From an uncultured Gammaproteobacteria bacterium (GTDB taxonomy: Bacteria; Patescibacteriota; Microgenomatia; Levybacterales; UBA12049): 64,000 nucleotides of DNA. The translations under genes were made by a program, and so were the position numbers. This document shows, piece by piece, positions 39,529 to 48,916 of this stretch. The notes beneath the pieces are model-generated. The model saw only the letters and a program-made list of their open reading frames with translations. It ran no database searches and was not told the origin of the DNA. The stretch is from contig CAYYSJ010000001.1 in assembly GCA_964474445.1 (NCBI GenBank), positions 142,530 to 206,529 of the forward strand, in the 5' to 3' direction. The first letter of the stretch is position 1; every line of letters starts with the position of its first letter.

Positions 39529-40335
39529 ATGATCTATCAAGAGTTTCTCGCTCATGTGCTTAAGAAAGCATCAACCATTGCCACTGGACAATTTGGAAAA
39601 GTATCGTCAATTGAAAAAACAGGAGACAATAACCAAGTTCTTACCCACACAGATTTGGAAGTAGGAAAGCTGCTTGTTTCTTCTGTCCAAGAGAAATTTC
39701 CAACCCACAATATTATTGATGAAGAAGCAGGAGTTATTGATAATAATTCTTCTTTTACCTGGGTTATTGATCCAATTGACGGAACAAGTAATTTTGCAAA
39801 TGGTCTGCCAACCTATGGCATTATGATTGGCCTTTTAGAGCATGCTACTCCAATTGCAGGGGGTATTGCATTACCAGCTTTTAACCAAATATATACCGCG
39901 GAGAAGGGTTTTGGAACATGGATTGATGGGAAGAAAGTTACCGTGACACAAGAGACACAACTCTTAAAAACTCTTGTTGCCTACGGTATTGATGGCCATC
40001 AGGAAAATCCGTCTCTTACATATAATGAATCAAAAATCATTGCAGAAATTGTTTTGCATATTCGTAATTTGCGTAGTAGTAATAGCGCGTTTGATATAAT
40101 CCAAGTAGCCACCGGTAGATACGGAGGTTCCCTTGCCCAATCAAGTAAAATCTGGGACAACGTTGCTCCTCATATCATTATTGAAGAAGCAGGAGGAGTC
40201 TATACAGACTTTTTTGGCAAGCCAATGGATTATTCGAACCCATTAGCAAAAGTCCATGACAACTTTACCCTCTGTGCTGCTTCTCCCACTCTTCAAAAGC
40301 AACTCCAAAAAATAGTTATCTCAACAAATAAATAA
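39529..40335 (+). CDS. Inositol monophosphatase family protein (copy 1)
   Basis: IDEE, WVIDPIDGTSNF, IWD..EEAGG. Confidence 0.9.
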   Translation: MIYQEFLAHVLKKASTIATGQFGKVSSIEKTGDNNQVLTHTDLEVGKLLVSSVQEKFPTHNIIDEEAGVIDNNSSFTWVIDPIDGTSNFANGLPTYGIMIGLLEHATPIAGGIALPAFNQIYTAEKGFGTWIDGKKVTVTQETQLLKTLVAYGIDGHQENPSLTYNESKIIAEIVLHIRNLRSSNSAFDIIQVATGRYGGSLAQSSKIWDNVAPHIIIEEAGGVYTDFFGKPMDYSNPLAKVHDNFTLCAASPTLQKQLQKIVISTNK

Positions 40336-40386
40336 CCCTCTTGTAACACCAATAAATATCATCTATTTTTATAGTAATCTTAGAAT

Positions 40387-41319
40387 ATGAAATCTTTTCC
40401 ATTTTCAAAACATAAAGTTCCAGTCACTCACAGTACATACGATGTAAAGGAAATGCTTCACCAATACAAAGATTACTATTTTTGTCTTTATTTAGCTTAT
40501 AAAGATGCCTCAGAATGGGATATTTCAACAAGTCGAACATATATGAATCAGGTTCTACCAAACCTTATCTATTTGCCTGTTAATATAAAGAAAGAAAATT
40601 CAGAGGAACTTAGAAAGATGTATCAGCTTGCAGAAGAATCTGCACAAATAGTTGCAATTAACCAAACTAAACCTCATAAAAGCAACATTGCACTAAAAGA
40701 TTTTTTTGCTCATTCAGAAAATATGCCAACAAATGTTGATGCTATGGTTAAAAATGCAAAGGGGAAATTAATATTGTATGATCTCAATGGTCCATCCTTC
40801 TGTAATTGGTATATAGATGAAGTTGGAAGCTTTACAAATAAAGTAGTGATTTTGGTTGGAGTAGGAGGTGTGGGCGAGCCTATTGCAAGAAAAATTGTTA
40901 ACTATCAACCGTCTATTCTGTATTTAGTTAACCCTTCACCCAAAGAACAATTACAAAAAGAATTATCAGAGAGCGGAAATGTTATTTACTCGCCGAGCGT
41001 AGCTAATATTATGAATGTCCAGATAGAAGGCGAAATCGTTCTTATTAATGCTGCTGGCAAAGAGGGCACAAAAGATGAAGGTGGAGTAAAACCTCTTCTA
41101 GAGAAATATCAAAATAAGCTGTACGTATTTGTTGACCTAAGACCCCATCTAAACATAGATATCGTAAAAATAGCTGAACAACTTGGATGGCAAAGCTATA
41201 CTGGTTACGGAATGAATGCATGGAACGACTATACACTCCTTAAAAAAATTGCTGAAGCTGTGAATAGCCCTATTCCATCTTTTGAAGAGTTTAAAAGGTT
41301 AGTAAAGCAAGCATCGTAA
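40387..41319 (+). CDS. Shikimate-dehydrogenase-like NAD(P) oxidoreductase with altered active site
   Basis: NQTKPHK (compare NVTxPxK), GVGGVG Rossmann loop, LINA, VDL, G.GM. Confidence 0.7.
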   Translation: MKSFPFSKHKVPVTHSTYDVKEMLHQYKDYYFCLYLAYKDASEWDISTSRTYMNQVLPNLIYLPVNIKKENSEELRKMYQLAEESAQIVAINQTKPHKSNIALKDFFAHSENMPTNVDAMVKNAKGKLILYDLNGPSFCNWYIDEVGSFTNKVVILVGVGGVGEPIARKIVNYQPSILYLVNPSPKEQLQKELSESGNVIYSPSVANIMNVQIEGEIVLINAAGKEGTKDEGGVKPLLEKYQNKLYVFVDLRPHLNIDIVKIAEQLGWQSYTGYGMNAWNDYTLLKKIAEAVNSPIPSFEEFKRLVKQAS

Positions 41320-41328
41320 TTACTGTTG

Positions 41329-42096
41329 TCATGACTTTTTATATATAGAATAAGAATAGATAAAAGGATACTCACCGCGCTTGCTAGGTTGAGCGTCTGC
41401 TACAATAAGCATATCAGCTTTTTCAGCATTGGGAATAGTATAAGGATAGTATTGTGATTCAAGCCTGAAGTCAAAACTTTGTCTTATTTTTTCTGAGTCA
41501 CCACCATTTCTTTTTGCCATGTCTCTTACAACTCGATTTTCTCTTCTGACATCTGTTGGAACATGAAAATAAATTTGCACATCAACGTTTTCAATAGGTT
41601 GGAAATCTCCTTCAATAATAAAAAAATGGAGGTTAGGTTTGATGGTATGGGGAAAATTTGTTTCACCTACAACTACTGCATCTCCTGTTGCTTCATCATA
41701 GACAGGAGCCTTTACTGACTTTCCTTCTCGCACCTCATCAACAAGTTTATTTAACAATACCCAATCTTTTGCTGTCCATGGATTTATTTTGCCTTCCGCA
41801 ATAAGCCTATTTCTTTCCTCTCTTGTATAAAGCCCAAAGTCATCTGTGCTTATGTAATCTGCAGTATGTCCATTCCTCTCTAATCTATCAATGAGGTGTT
41901 CTCTTAATGTGGATTTCCCTGCACCCGGACCAGCAGTCAGAGTAACGATAACTGCCTTACCTTGAAAGTGACTCTCTAGTTTCTTTACTAACTCACTCAC
42001 CAACTGGATGTCATTTAATCGAGTAAAAAATGGAAGGAACCTCTTTTCACTAATTAACTTTTTAATAGTTTGCTCATCTCGTACATGATTATCCAT
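41329..42096 (-). CDS. P-loop kinase, uridine kinase/phosphoribulokinase-like
   Basis: AGPGAGKST, STDDF, APVYD, IIEG, RVVRD..KR. Confidence 0.8.
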   Translation of the reverse strand: MDNHVRDEQTIKKLISEKRFLPFFTRLNDIQLVSELVKKLESHFQGKAVIVTLTAGPGAGKSTLREHLIDRLERNGHTADYISTDDFGLYTREERNRLIAEGKINPWTAKDWVLLNKLVDEVREGKSVKAPVYDEATGDAVVVGETNFPHTIKPNLHFFIIEGDFQPIENVDVQIYFHVPTDVRRENRVVRDMAKRNGGDSEKIRQSFDFRLESQYYPYTIPNAEKADMLIVADAQPSKRGEYPFIYSYSIYKKS

Positions 42097-42261
42097 ATTT
42101 AATGTAACACTATTTGCAATAGTAAAACCTATGATACTAACTAATAGTATTTATACTAAAACCCTATCTTATCTTCTAAAAAATTTCAAGCACACTTTTT
42201 TCTACAGGATTATTTTCCTGACAAAAATCTAACAAAATAGCTTTAAATTACTTACCTACTA

Positions 42262-42290
42262 TTGACAAAATAAAAGGGCAAGATTAGACT
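42262..42290 (+). promoter_or_regulatory. Sigma70-type promoter of pgm
   Basis: TTGACA-17 nt-TAGACT. Confidence 0.6.
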
Positions 42291-42305
42291 TTACTTCATA
42301 TTCTT

Positions 42306-44123
42306 ATGGACAGTAAACTGCAAGAAAAGCTCTCTCAAGCTCTGCAAGAAAAAAAGCTCAATAAAACTGCGTATGAGGAAATAGTCAAATGGCTTACAGA
42401 AGAAGAATTTGCTGAATTTATTCCTGAACTCTCCGAAAAAATCACAAGAGAAGAATGGGAAACATTAATGGATGAATTTTATCGTGTAGTTATTTTTGGT
42501 ACTGGCGGTATTCGTGGAACAATGAATTTGGGGACCAACAGAATTAATAACTATACAGTGAGATGGGCCTCTCAAGCATATGCTCAATATCTTTTGAAAT
42601 ATAAAAAAGACATCGTTAAGCAAGGTGTTGCAATTGCTTATGATAGTCGTCACCATTCAGAAGAATTCATGAAAGAAACAGCAAGAGTTTTGGCTGCAAA
42701 TGGTGTTCCTGTTTGGGTTTTTAAATACTTCAGAGCAACTCCGGAACTTTCTTTTACTGTTAGATATTTGCATTGCGCGGGTGGAATTGTCCTGACTGCA
42801 AGTCATAACCCTCCAGAGTTTAACGGATATAAAGTCTATGATGAAAATGGTGTACAAGTAATGCCTGAAATAGGATTACAAATAGAAGCAGAATTTAAGA
42901 GTGTCACGAACATCAAAAAGATGCCTTTTGATGAGGCTGTAGAGAAAGGGCTTGTTAAATATATTAGTGATGATGTTGATAAGGCTTTTGCAGAGTCAGC
43001 AAAGAAAGTTTCTGTATATACAGGCCGCGATGTAAAAATAGTGTATTCCCCTCTTCATGGTGTTGGTTCTCAATCAATATTGCCGGTGTTGAAAGAAATT
43101 GGGTTTAAAGATATTGAATTAGTTGAAAGCCAAATGTCTTTGGATGGAGACTTTCCAAATGTAGAAGGTCACTTTCCTAATCCAGAATTTGCAATAAATT
43201 ATAAACAAGCTATTGAACTAGCACAAAAAACCAATGCAGACATTGTTATTGTTAGCGACCCTGATGCAGATAGAATGGGAATGGCAGTACCAGATAAAAA
43301 CGCTACATGGACCCCCCTAAATGGAAATCAAAGTGCTGCTCTATTGGGATATTTTTATATGAATGCTTTGCATGAACAAGGAAAAATGCCCAAAAATCCA
43401 GTAGTTATTAAAACTTCTGTAACAACTGATTTAATTAGAGATATCGCAGAAGGATTTGGCGCAGAATGTATCAGCGATTTGTTAGTAGGGTTTAAATTTA
43501 TTGGAGATAGAATGCAGCACTTACCCCCTACCAAACACTTCATTTTTGCAGGAGAAGAAAGTATGGGCACACTTTTCAGTAATGATTATCGAGACAAAGG
43601 TGCAGAAACACCTTCTGTTGTGGCAGCAGAAATGACAGCATGGTGCAAAGCCAATAACCTGACACCAATGGATTTACTCGAATCCATCTATCAAAAGTAT
43701 GGGTATTATGCAGAAATACTCTATTATCGTCTCATTGAAGGTTTTGGAGCCTTTGATCAAATGAATTTAGCAATGGTTGAGCTTAGAAAAAATCTTCCAA
43801 AAGAAATTGCGGGAAGAAAAGTTGTGAAAACTATCGATAGACTAACCGGTGAGGTACGAAATGGAGAAACAGGTAAACTCCTTGAAACACGAGATTGGGA
43901 TAAAGGAGATATGCTCTCTTTCTTTTTCTCAAAAGATGAACGAAATGTTATCCATGTTAGACCATCTGGGACAGAACCAAAAATGAAATACTATACAGCA
44001 ATTAAAGGAAATCTTTCTGAAAAAACGAAAGAACAAATTAATGAAGAGGCAAAAGAAATCGAACAAGCAATGGCGAAAACCTTTGAAGATATACTTGCAA
44101 CAATTAAAGTAGACGTTTTCTAA
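42306..44123 (+). CDS. pgm: Phosphoglucomutase/phosphomannomutase
   Basis: FGTGGIRG, TASHNP, DPDADR, GEES, RPSGTEPK. Confidence 0.95.
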   Translation: MDSKLQEKLSQALQEKKLNKTAYEEIVKWLTEEEFAEFIPELSEKITREEWETLMDEFYRVVIFGTGGIRGTMNLGTNRINNYTVRWASQAYAQYLLKYKKDIVKQGVAIAYDSRHHSEEFMKETARVLAANGVPVWVFKYFRATPELSFTVRYLHCAGGIVLTASHNPPEFNGYKVYDENGVQVMPEIGLQIEAEFKSVTNIKKMPFDEAVEKGLVKYISDDVDKAFAESAKKVSVYTGRDVKIVYSPLHGVGSQSILPVLKEIGFKDIELVESQMSLDGDFPNVEGHFPNPEFAINYKQAIELAQKTNADIVIVSDPDADRMGMAVPDKNATWTPLNGNQSAALLGYFYMNALHEQGKMPKNPVVIKTSVTTDLIRDIAEGFGAECISDLLVGFKFIGDRMQHLPPTKHFIFAGEESMGTLFSNDYRDKGAETPSVVAAEMTAWCKANNLTPMDLLESIYQKYGYYAEILYYRLIEGFGAFDQMNLAMVELRKNLPKEIAGRKVVKTIDRLTGEVRNGETGKLLETRDWDKGDMLSFFFSKDERNVIHVRPSGTEPKMKYYTAIKGNLSEKTKEQINEEAKEIEQAMAKTFEDILATIKVDVF

Positions 44124-44129
44124 TCATTT

Positions 44130-44915
44130 ATGGACCTCTCACAACAAGAACTACAATCTTTAGAAGAGAAAGTTTCTCATGCTATTTTGCCTTTGGGAAA
44201 AGATTTGCTTACCGTATGGCAAACGACAAAGAAGGTCTCTTATAAAACACGCTTTGAACCTGTAACACAATACGATCCCCTTATTGAAGAAAAATTAAGA
44301 CAACAGCTGAGAGAGATATTGCCAAGGGCAGGTTTTATTGTTGAAGAGGGAGAAAGCACAGAACAAAAAGATTATATGTGGACAATAGATCCAATTGATG
44401 GAACCAATAATTTTAAAGGTCAAATTCCCCTTTTCTATATCCAAGTAGCACTTTGTTATAAATCCGAACCTATTCTTGGAGCTATATATAACCCAGTTAC
44501 AGATCAACTTTTCTCAGCAAGTAAGGGAAATGGAGCCAAAATCAATGGAGAAACAATAACACATCAAACAGTTGAAATGTTAGAAAAAGCATTTATAGAC
44601 ATGGATTTTGGCGCCCATAATAATGGGTTATATTGGAAATTGCCAATTTTTAAAGTTTTATGTGAAAACTGCAATCGACTGAGATCATCAGGCGGTGGAT
44701 TTAGCCCTTATATTGCATTTGGAGGCATTGATGCATTTGTTGTTCTAAACGAAAGAACCAAGCTTGTCGATCAGATGCCACGTATTATTTGGATGAAAGA
44801 GTTAGGCCTTACTGTAGAACAATTTGAGATAAGAGGACATAAAGTCACTTTGGCTACTAACCATACTCTCTTTCCAAAAATAAAGTCATTTATTGTCTCA
44901 GCAATAGAAAAATAA
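44130..44915 (+). CDS. Inositol monophosphatase family protein (copy 2)
   Basis: VEE, WTIDPIDGTNNF; C-terminal WD motif altered to VD. Confidence 0.85.
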   Translation: MDLSQQELQSLEEKVSHAILPLGKDLLTVWQTTKKVSYKTRFEPVTQYDPLIEEKLRQQLREILPRAGFIVEEGESTEQKDYMWTIDPIDGTNNFKGQIPLFYIQVALCYKSEPILGAIYNPVTDQLFSASKGNGAKINGETITHQTVEMLEKAFIDMDFGAHNNGLYWKLPIFKVLCENCNRLRSSGGGFSPYIAFGGIDAFVVLNERTKLVDQMPRIIWMKELGLTVEQFEIRGHKVTLATNHTLFPKIKSFIVSAIEK

Positions 44916-44987
44916 TTTGTCTTCTTTTTGTCAGGGAAAATGACTTGTAAGAAGAGATCTCGAGTGCTAGTATAAGTAAATATTCGT

Positions 44988-45431
44988 ATGGTTGACTTAT
45001 CTAAATTTGATACATCTACATTTAATAACTCTCCTTATGTAAAACGTGTTGAGAAGCCTTGGGGATATGAACTGCATTGGGTTCCAGAAGATGCTCCATA
45101 TATGGGAAAAGTTATTCATATCAATGCCGGTAAAAGACTTTCCCTTCAGGTTCATGATCAAAAATCTGAAAGCTGGTTTATTATGAAAGGACATGGAAAA
45201 GTTACCTGGGAAGATAAGGATGGTAATATGATTGAAACAGAACTTGAACCAGGATATGGGTATACAACTCATGTTGGTCAAAAACATCGGCTTATCGGTA
45301 TTACAGATTGCGATATTTTAGAAGTGTCTACTCCTGAAATTGGAACAACATGGAGGATTGAGGACGATTATAAAAGGCCAGATGAGACAGAAGAACTGAG
45401 AAAACAACCCAATAGAGGGTGGAATGAATAA
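44988..45431 (+). CDS. Cupin, mannose-6-phosphate isomerase type II-like
   Basis: VEKPWG, RLSLQVH..KSE, KHRL, EVST, RIEDDY. Confidence 0.85.
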   Translation: MVDLSKFDTSTFNNSPYVKRVEKPWGYELHWVPEDAPYMGKVIHINAGKRLSLQVHDQKSESWFIMKGHGKVTWEDKDGNMIETELEPGYGYTTHVGQKHRLIGITDCDILEVSTPEIGTTWRIEDDYKRPDETEELRKQPNRGWNE

Positions 45432-45467
45432 GTTTACTATTCCTTTCATTCACTTGAGTAATAAAAA

Positions 45468-46511
45468 ATGAAGGACTTAACAAATCTTGAAGCAATTAAA
45501 AAAATAGACCCTGCGGATACAGTACAGACAACTACTCTTGCCAACGAACAAGCAAAAGCAGCGTGGGAGCAAGTCAAAGCACTCCCAATTGAACCTCTTC
45601 AAGGAAAAGTAAAGTCAGTGGTATTTTGCGGAATGGGTGCATCAATTTACGGAGCACTTGTCCTTAAGGCTTTAAAAGGAGAAACCCTCCCCTTTCCTAT
45701 TGAAATAGTTACAGACTACCACATTCCCTCCTATGTTGATAAGGATACCTTAGTTGTGTTGACGAGTTATTCCGGTACCACAGAGGAAGTTCTCTCTTGT
45801 GCCCAAGAAGCAAAAGAAAAAGGAGCACATATGCTTGTTTTAACAAAAGGAGGACCACTGGCTGATTTTGCTCGGGAAAACAACGTTCCTGCCTATATTT
45901 TTGATGGAAAACTCAATCTCTCTTCCACTCCCCGACTCGGCAACGGATATACAGTGATTGGCTTACTTGGATTGTTTAATAAGCTTGGGATTATTTCTAT
46001 TGATGACAAGGAAATGACAGATGCATTTGCCTATTTAGACACACAGCTTGAAGATATTCGAAGCAAAGCAATGAAAGAATCAGAAATTTTTGAAGGAAGA
46101 ATACCAATTATTATTGCTGCAGAACACTTGTCTGGTAATGCACAAATTTTAAGAAATCAATTTAACGAAACTTCGAAAGCGTTTTCTGCATATTATTTAG
46201 TGCCAGATCTCAACCATCATTTAATGGAGGGACTACAATTCCCAAAAGATTCTAACCTCTATTTTTTGGTACTCAATTCACATCACTATAGTCCAAAAAT
46301 TCAAAGAAGAATGGAGTTAACCATTGACGTGATTAAACAAAATGGCCATGATGTCCTCACTTCATTCCCAAAAGGCAAAAATAAATACGAAGAATTTCTT
46401 GAAACACTCACGTACGGCAGCTGGCTTACTCTTTATTTAGGCCTTCGCTACGACCAAAATCCTGCCATTAACCCCTGGGTCGACTATTTCAAAAAAGAGC
46501 TTGCTAAATAA
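45468..46511 (+). CDS. Bifunctional phosphoglucose/phosphomannose isomerase (SIS)
   Basis: GMGAS, SYSGTTEE, PR, QFNETSK, PDLNHH. Confidence 0.88.
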   Translation: MKDLTNLEAIKKIDPADTVQTTTLANEQAKAAWEQVKALPIEPLQGKVKSVVFCGMGASIYGALVLKALKGETLPFPIEIVTDYHIPSYVDKDTLVVLTSYSGTTEEVLSCAQEAKEKGAHMLVLTKGGPLADFARENNVPAYIFDGKLNLSSTPRLGNGYTVIGLLGLFNKLGIISIDDKEMTDAFAYLDTQLEDIRSKAMKESEIFEGRIPIIIAAEHLSGNAQILRNQFNETSKAFSAYYLVPDLNHHLMEGLQFPKDSNLYFLVLNSHHYSPKIQRRMELTIDVIKQNGHDVLTSFPKGKNKYEEFLETLTYGSWLTLYLGLRYDQNPAINPWVDYFKKELAK

Positions 46512-46593
46512 CTCTCCACAGTAAGTCGTGAGTTCGTCAATTGTAAGCACTATCACTTGCAAGTTATATTGCTTACTGATAACCTGATAATAT

Positions 46594-48855
46594 ATGGCCA
46601 AAAAACTGCTCGTTTGGTTTGAGGATGTTGATAAAGAAGATATTGCTTTGGTTGGTGGAAAAGGTGCAAATTTGGGTGAAATGACCAAAGTCGGATTTCC
46701 TGTCCCTCCTGGATTTATTGTTACTTCCACTGCATACCGCGAATTTATTAAAGAAAACAATTTAGAAATAAAGATTAGACACCTGCTAGGATCTTTAGAT
46801 TACAACGATACAAAGTCACTGGAAAAAGCTTCCCGTCTTATTAAAAAAACCATTGAAAAAGGGAAATTATCTGAGGAGCTTATTCAACAAATTTTTAAAG
46901 CATACTTTTCTTTGGGTGGCTTACTCAAGAATCCCTTTGTTGCTGTTCGGTCTTCTGCAACTGCTGAAGATTTGCCAAATGCGTCGTTTGCTGGACAACA
47001 AGAAACATTCCTTAATGTTCAAGGTGAAGCAAACCTTATTATCAAAGTAAAAGAAGTATGGGCCTCTCTGTTTGACCAACGAGCAATTTTTTATCGATAC
47101 GAACAACATTTTGACCATTTTAACGTCGCTATTGCTGTTCCTGTTCAGAAAATGGTTGAGGCAGAACAATCAGGGATTATGTTTTCCATTGATCCAGTGA
47201 CCAATGATAAATCAAAAATTATTATTGAAGGAATTTATGGTCTTGGAGAATATATTGTCGGAGGGAAAGTAACACCTGATCATTATGAAGTTGATAAACA
47301 AAGCCTTAACATAACAAAAAAGCAACTTACTGTACAAAAAATCATGCTTACAAAAAAAGATTCAGAAAACAAAGAAATCAAAGTCCCTACTGCAAAACAA
47401 CACGTGCAAAAAATTTCCGATGCTCACATTAAACAATTAGCAGAACTTAGTAAAAAGCTTGAGTACCATTATTATTTTCCCCAAGATTCGGAATGGGCAA
47501 TTACAGATGGAAAAGTATATTTAGTCCAAACTCGTCCAATCACAACAGTCAGTGCAATTGATAAGAAAAGTGAAGAAGCTCATGCAACAATTCATCTAGA
47601 AGTTTTATTAACAGGTGATCCTGCAAGCCCTGGTATTGCAACAGGTCCAGTAAAGATTCTTCAGAGCGCAAAAGATATTGATAAGATTGTTCCAGGTGAT
47701 GTACTGGTTGCAGATCAGACCAATCCTGATTTTGTCTCTGCCATGAAAAGAGCAGTTGCTATTGTCACGAACCAAGGCGGTCGTACCTCCCATGCAGCAA
47801 TTGTGAGCAGAGAAATTGGTGTCCCTGCAGTTGTTGGAACACAAACCGCAACACACATCCTAAAGGACCATGAACTAATAACAGTCAACGGACTTACGGG
47901 GAAAATTTATCGGGGCGGGCATATTGGACATGTTGATGAACACTATGCTCCAACAAAAGCATTTGTTCCAACTGCAACAAAAGTTTATGTGAATTTAGCA
48001 GAGCCCGAATTGGCAGAAAAAGTTGCACTAAGACAGGTTGACGGTGTTGGCCTTCTTCGGGCAGAGTTTATGATGGCAGGTATTGGAACACATCCCAAAA
48101 AATTGATACATGAAGGAAAATCCCATCTTTTTGTTGAGAAAATGGCAGAAGGAATCGCAACATTTTGTCGCACCTTTTCTCCCCGCCCCGTTGTCTATAG
48201 AGCATCTGATTTTAAGACAAATGAATATAGAGAATTAGTTGGAGGAAAAGCATATGAGCCAGTTGAACCAAACCCAATGCTTGGATATCGAGGAGCGTAT
48301 CGATACATTCACAATGAAGAAGTCTTCCAACTGGAACTTGAAGCGATAAAAATGGTCAGGAATAAAATGGGGCTGAAAAATGTATGGCTGATGCTTCCTT
48401 TTGTCCGAACGGTTGATGAATTAGTTTCGGTTAAAAAAATCCTTTCTGCCAACGGCATCTATCGCTCCCCATCATTTAAATTATGGATGATGTGTGAAGT
48501 ACCATCAAATGTGATTCTTTTGGAAAGGTATATTGAAGAAGGAATTGACGGCGTTTCTATCGGAAGTAATGATCTTACAATGCTTATTCTTGGGACAGAT
48601 AGAGACAATAGTGACGTAGCTTCTGTATTTAACGAACAAGATCCGGCAGTCCTGTGGGCACTTGAACACGTGATACGAACGTGTCACAAATACAAAATAC
48701 CATCATCTCTTTGTGGACAAGCAGCCTCTGTGTATCCTTCTCTTTTAGAAAAATTGGTGAAGTGGGGAATAACAAGTATCTCTGTTAGCCCTGACGCGCT
48801 AGACCGGACACGAGAAGAAATAGCACGAGTAGAAAAAGAAATGATTTCCAAATGA
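46594..48855 (+). CDS. ppsA: Phosphoenolpyruvate synthase
   Basis: VGGKGANLGEM, AVRSSATAED, GGRTSHAAI, EPNPMLGYRG, SIGSNDL, LCGQ. Confidence 0.96.
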   Translation: MAKKLLVWFEDVDKEDIALVGGKGANLGEMTKVGFPVPPGFIVTSTAYREFIKENNLEIKIRHLLGSLDYNDTKSLEKASRLIKKTIEKGKLSEELIQQIFKAYFSLGGLLKNPFVAVRSSATAEDLPNASFAGQQETFLNVQGEANLIIKVKEVWASLFDQRAIFYRYEQHFDHFNVAIAVPVQKMVEAEQSGIMFSIDPVTNDKSKIIIEGIYGLGEYIVGGKVTPDHYEVDKQSLNITKKQLTVQKIMLTKKDSENKEIKVPTAKQHVQKISDAHIKQLAELSKKLEYHYYFPQDSEWAITDGKVYLVQTRPITTVSAIDKKSEEAHATIHLEVLLTGDPASPGIATGPVKILQSAKDIDKIVPGDVLVADQTNPDFVSAMKRAVAIVTNQGGRTSHAAIVSREIGVPAVVGTQTATHILKDHELITVNGLTGKIYRGGHIGHVDEHYAPTKAFVPTATKVYVNLAEPELAEKVALRQVDGVGLLRAEFMMAGIGTHPKKLIHEGKSHLFVEKMAEGIATFCRTFSPRPVVYRASDFKTNEYRELVGGKAYEPVEPNPMLGYRGAYRYIHNEEVFQLELEAIKMVRNKMGLKNVWLMLPFVRTVDELVSVKKILSANGIYRSPSFKLWMMCEVPSNVILLERYIEEGIDGVSIGSNDLTMLILGTDRDNSDVASVFNEQDPAVLWALEHVIRTCHKYKIPSSLCGQAASVYPSLLEKLVKWGITSISVSPDALDRTREEIARVEKEMISK

Positions 48856-48916
48856 ATGGAAGTGTACCGAAATTTCCAATCATGACTCATCAAAGTCTAC
48901 TGATTCTATCGAATGT

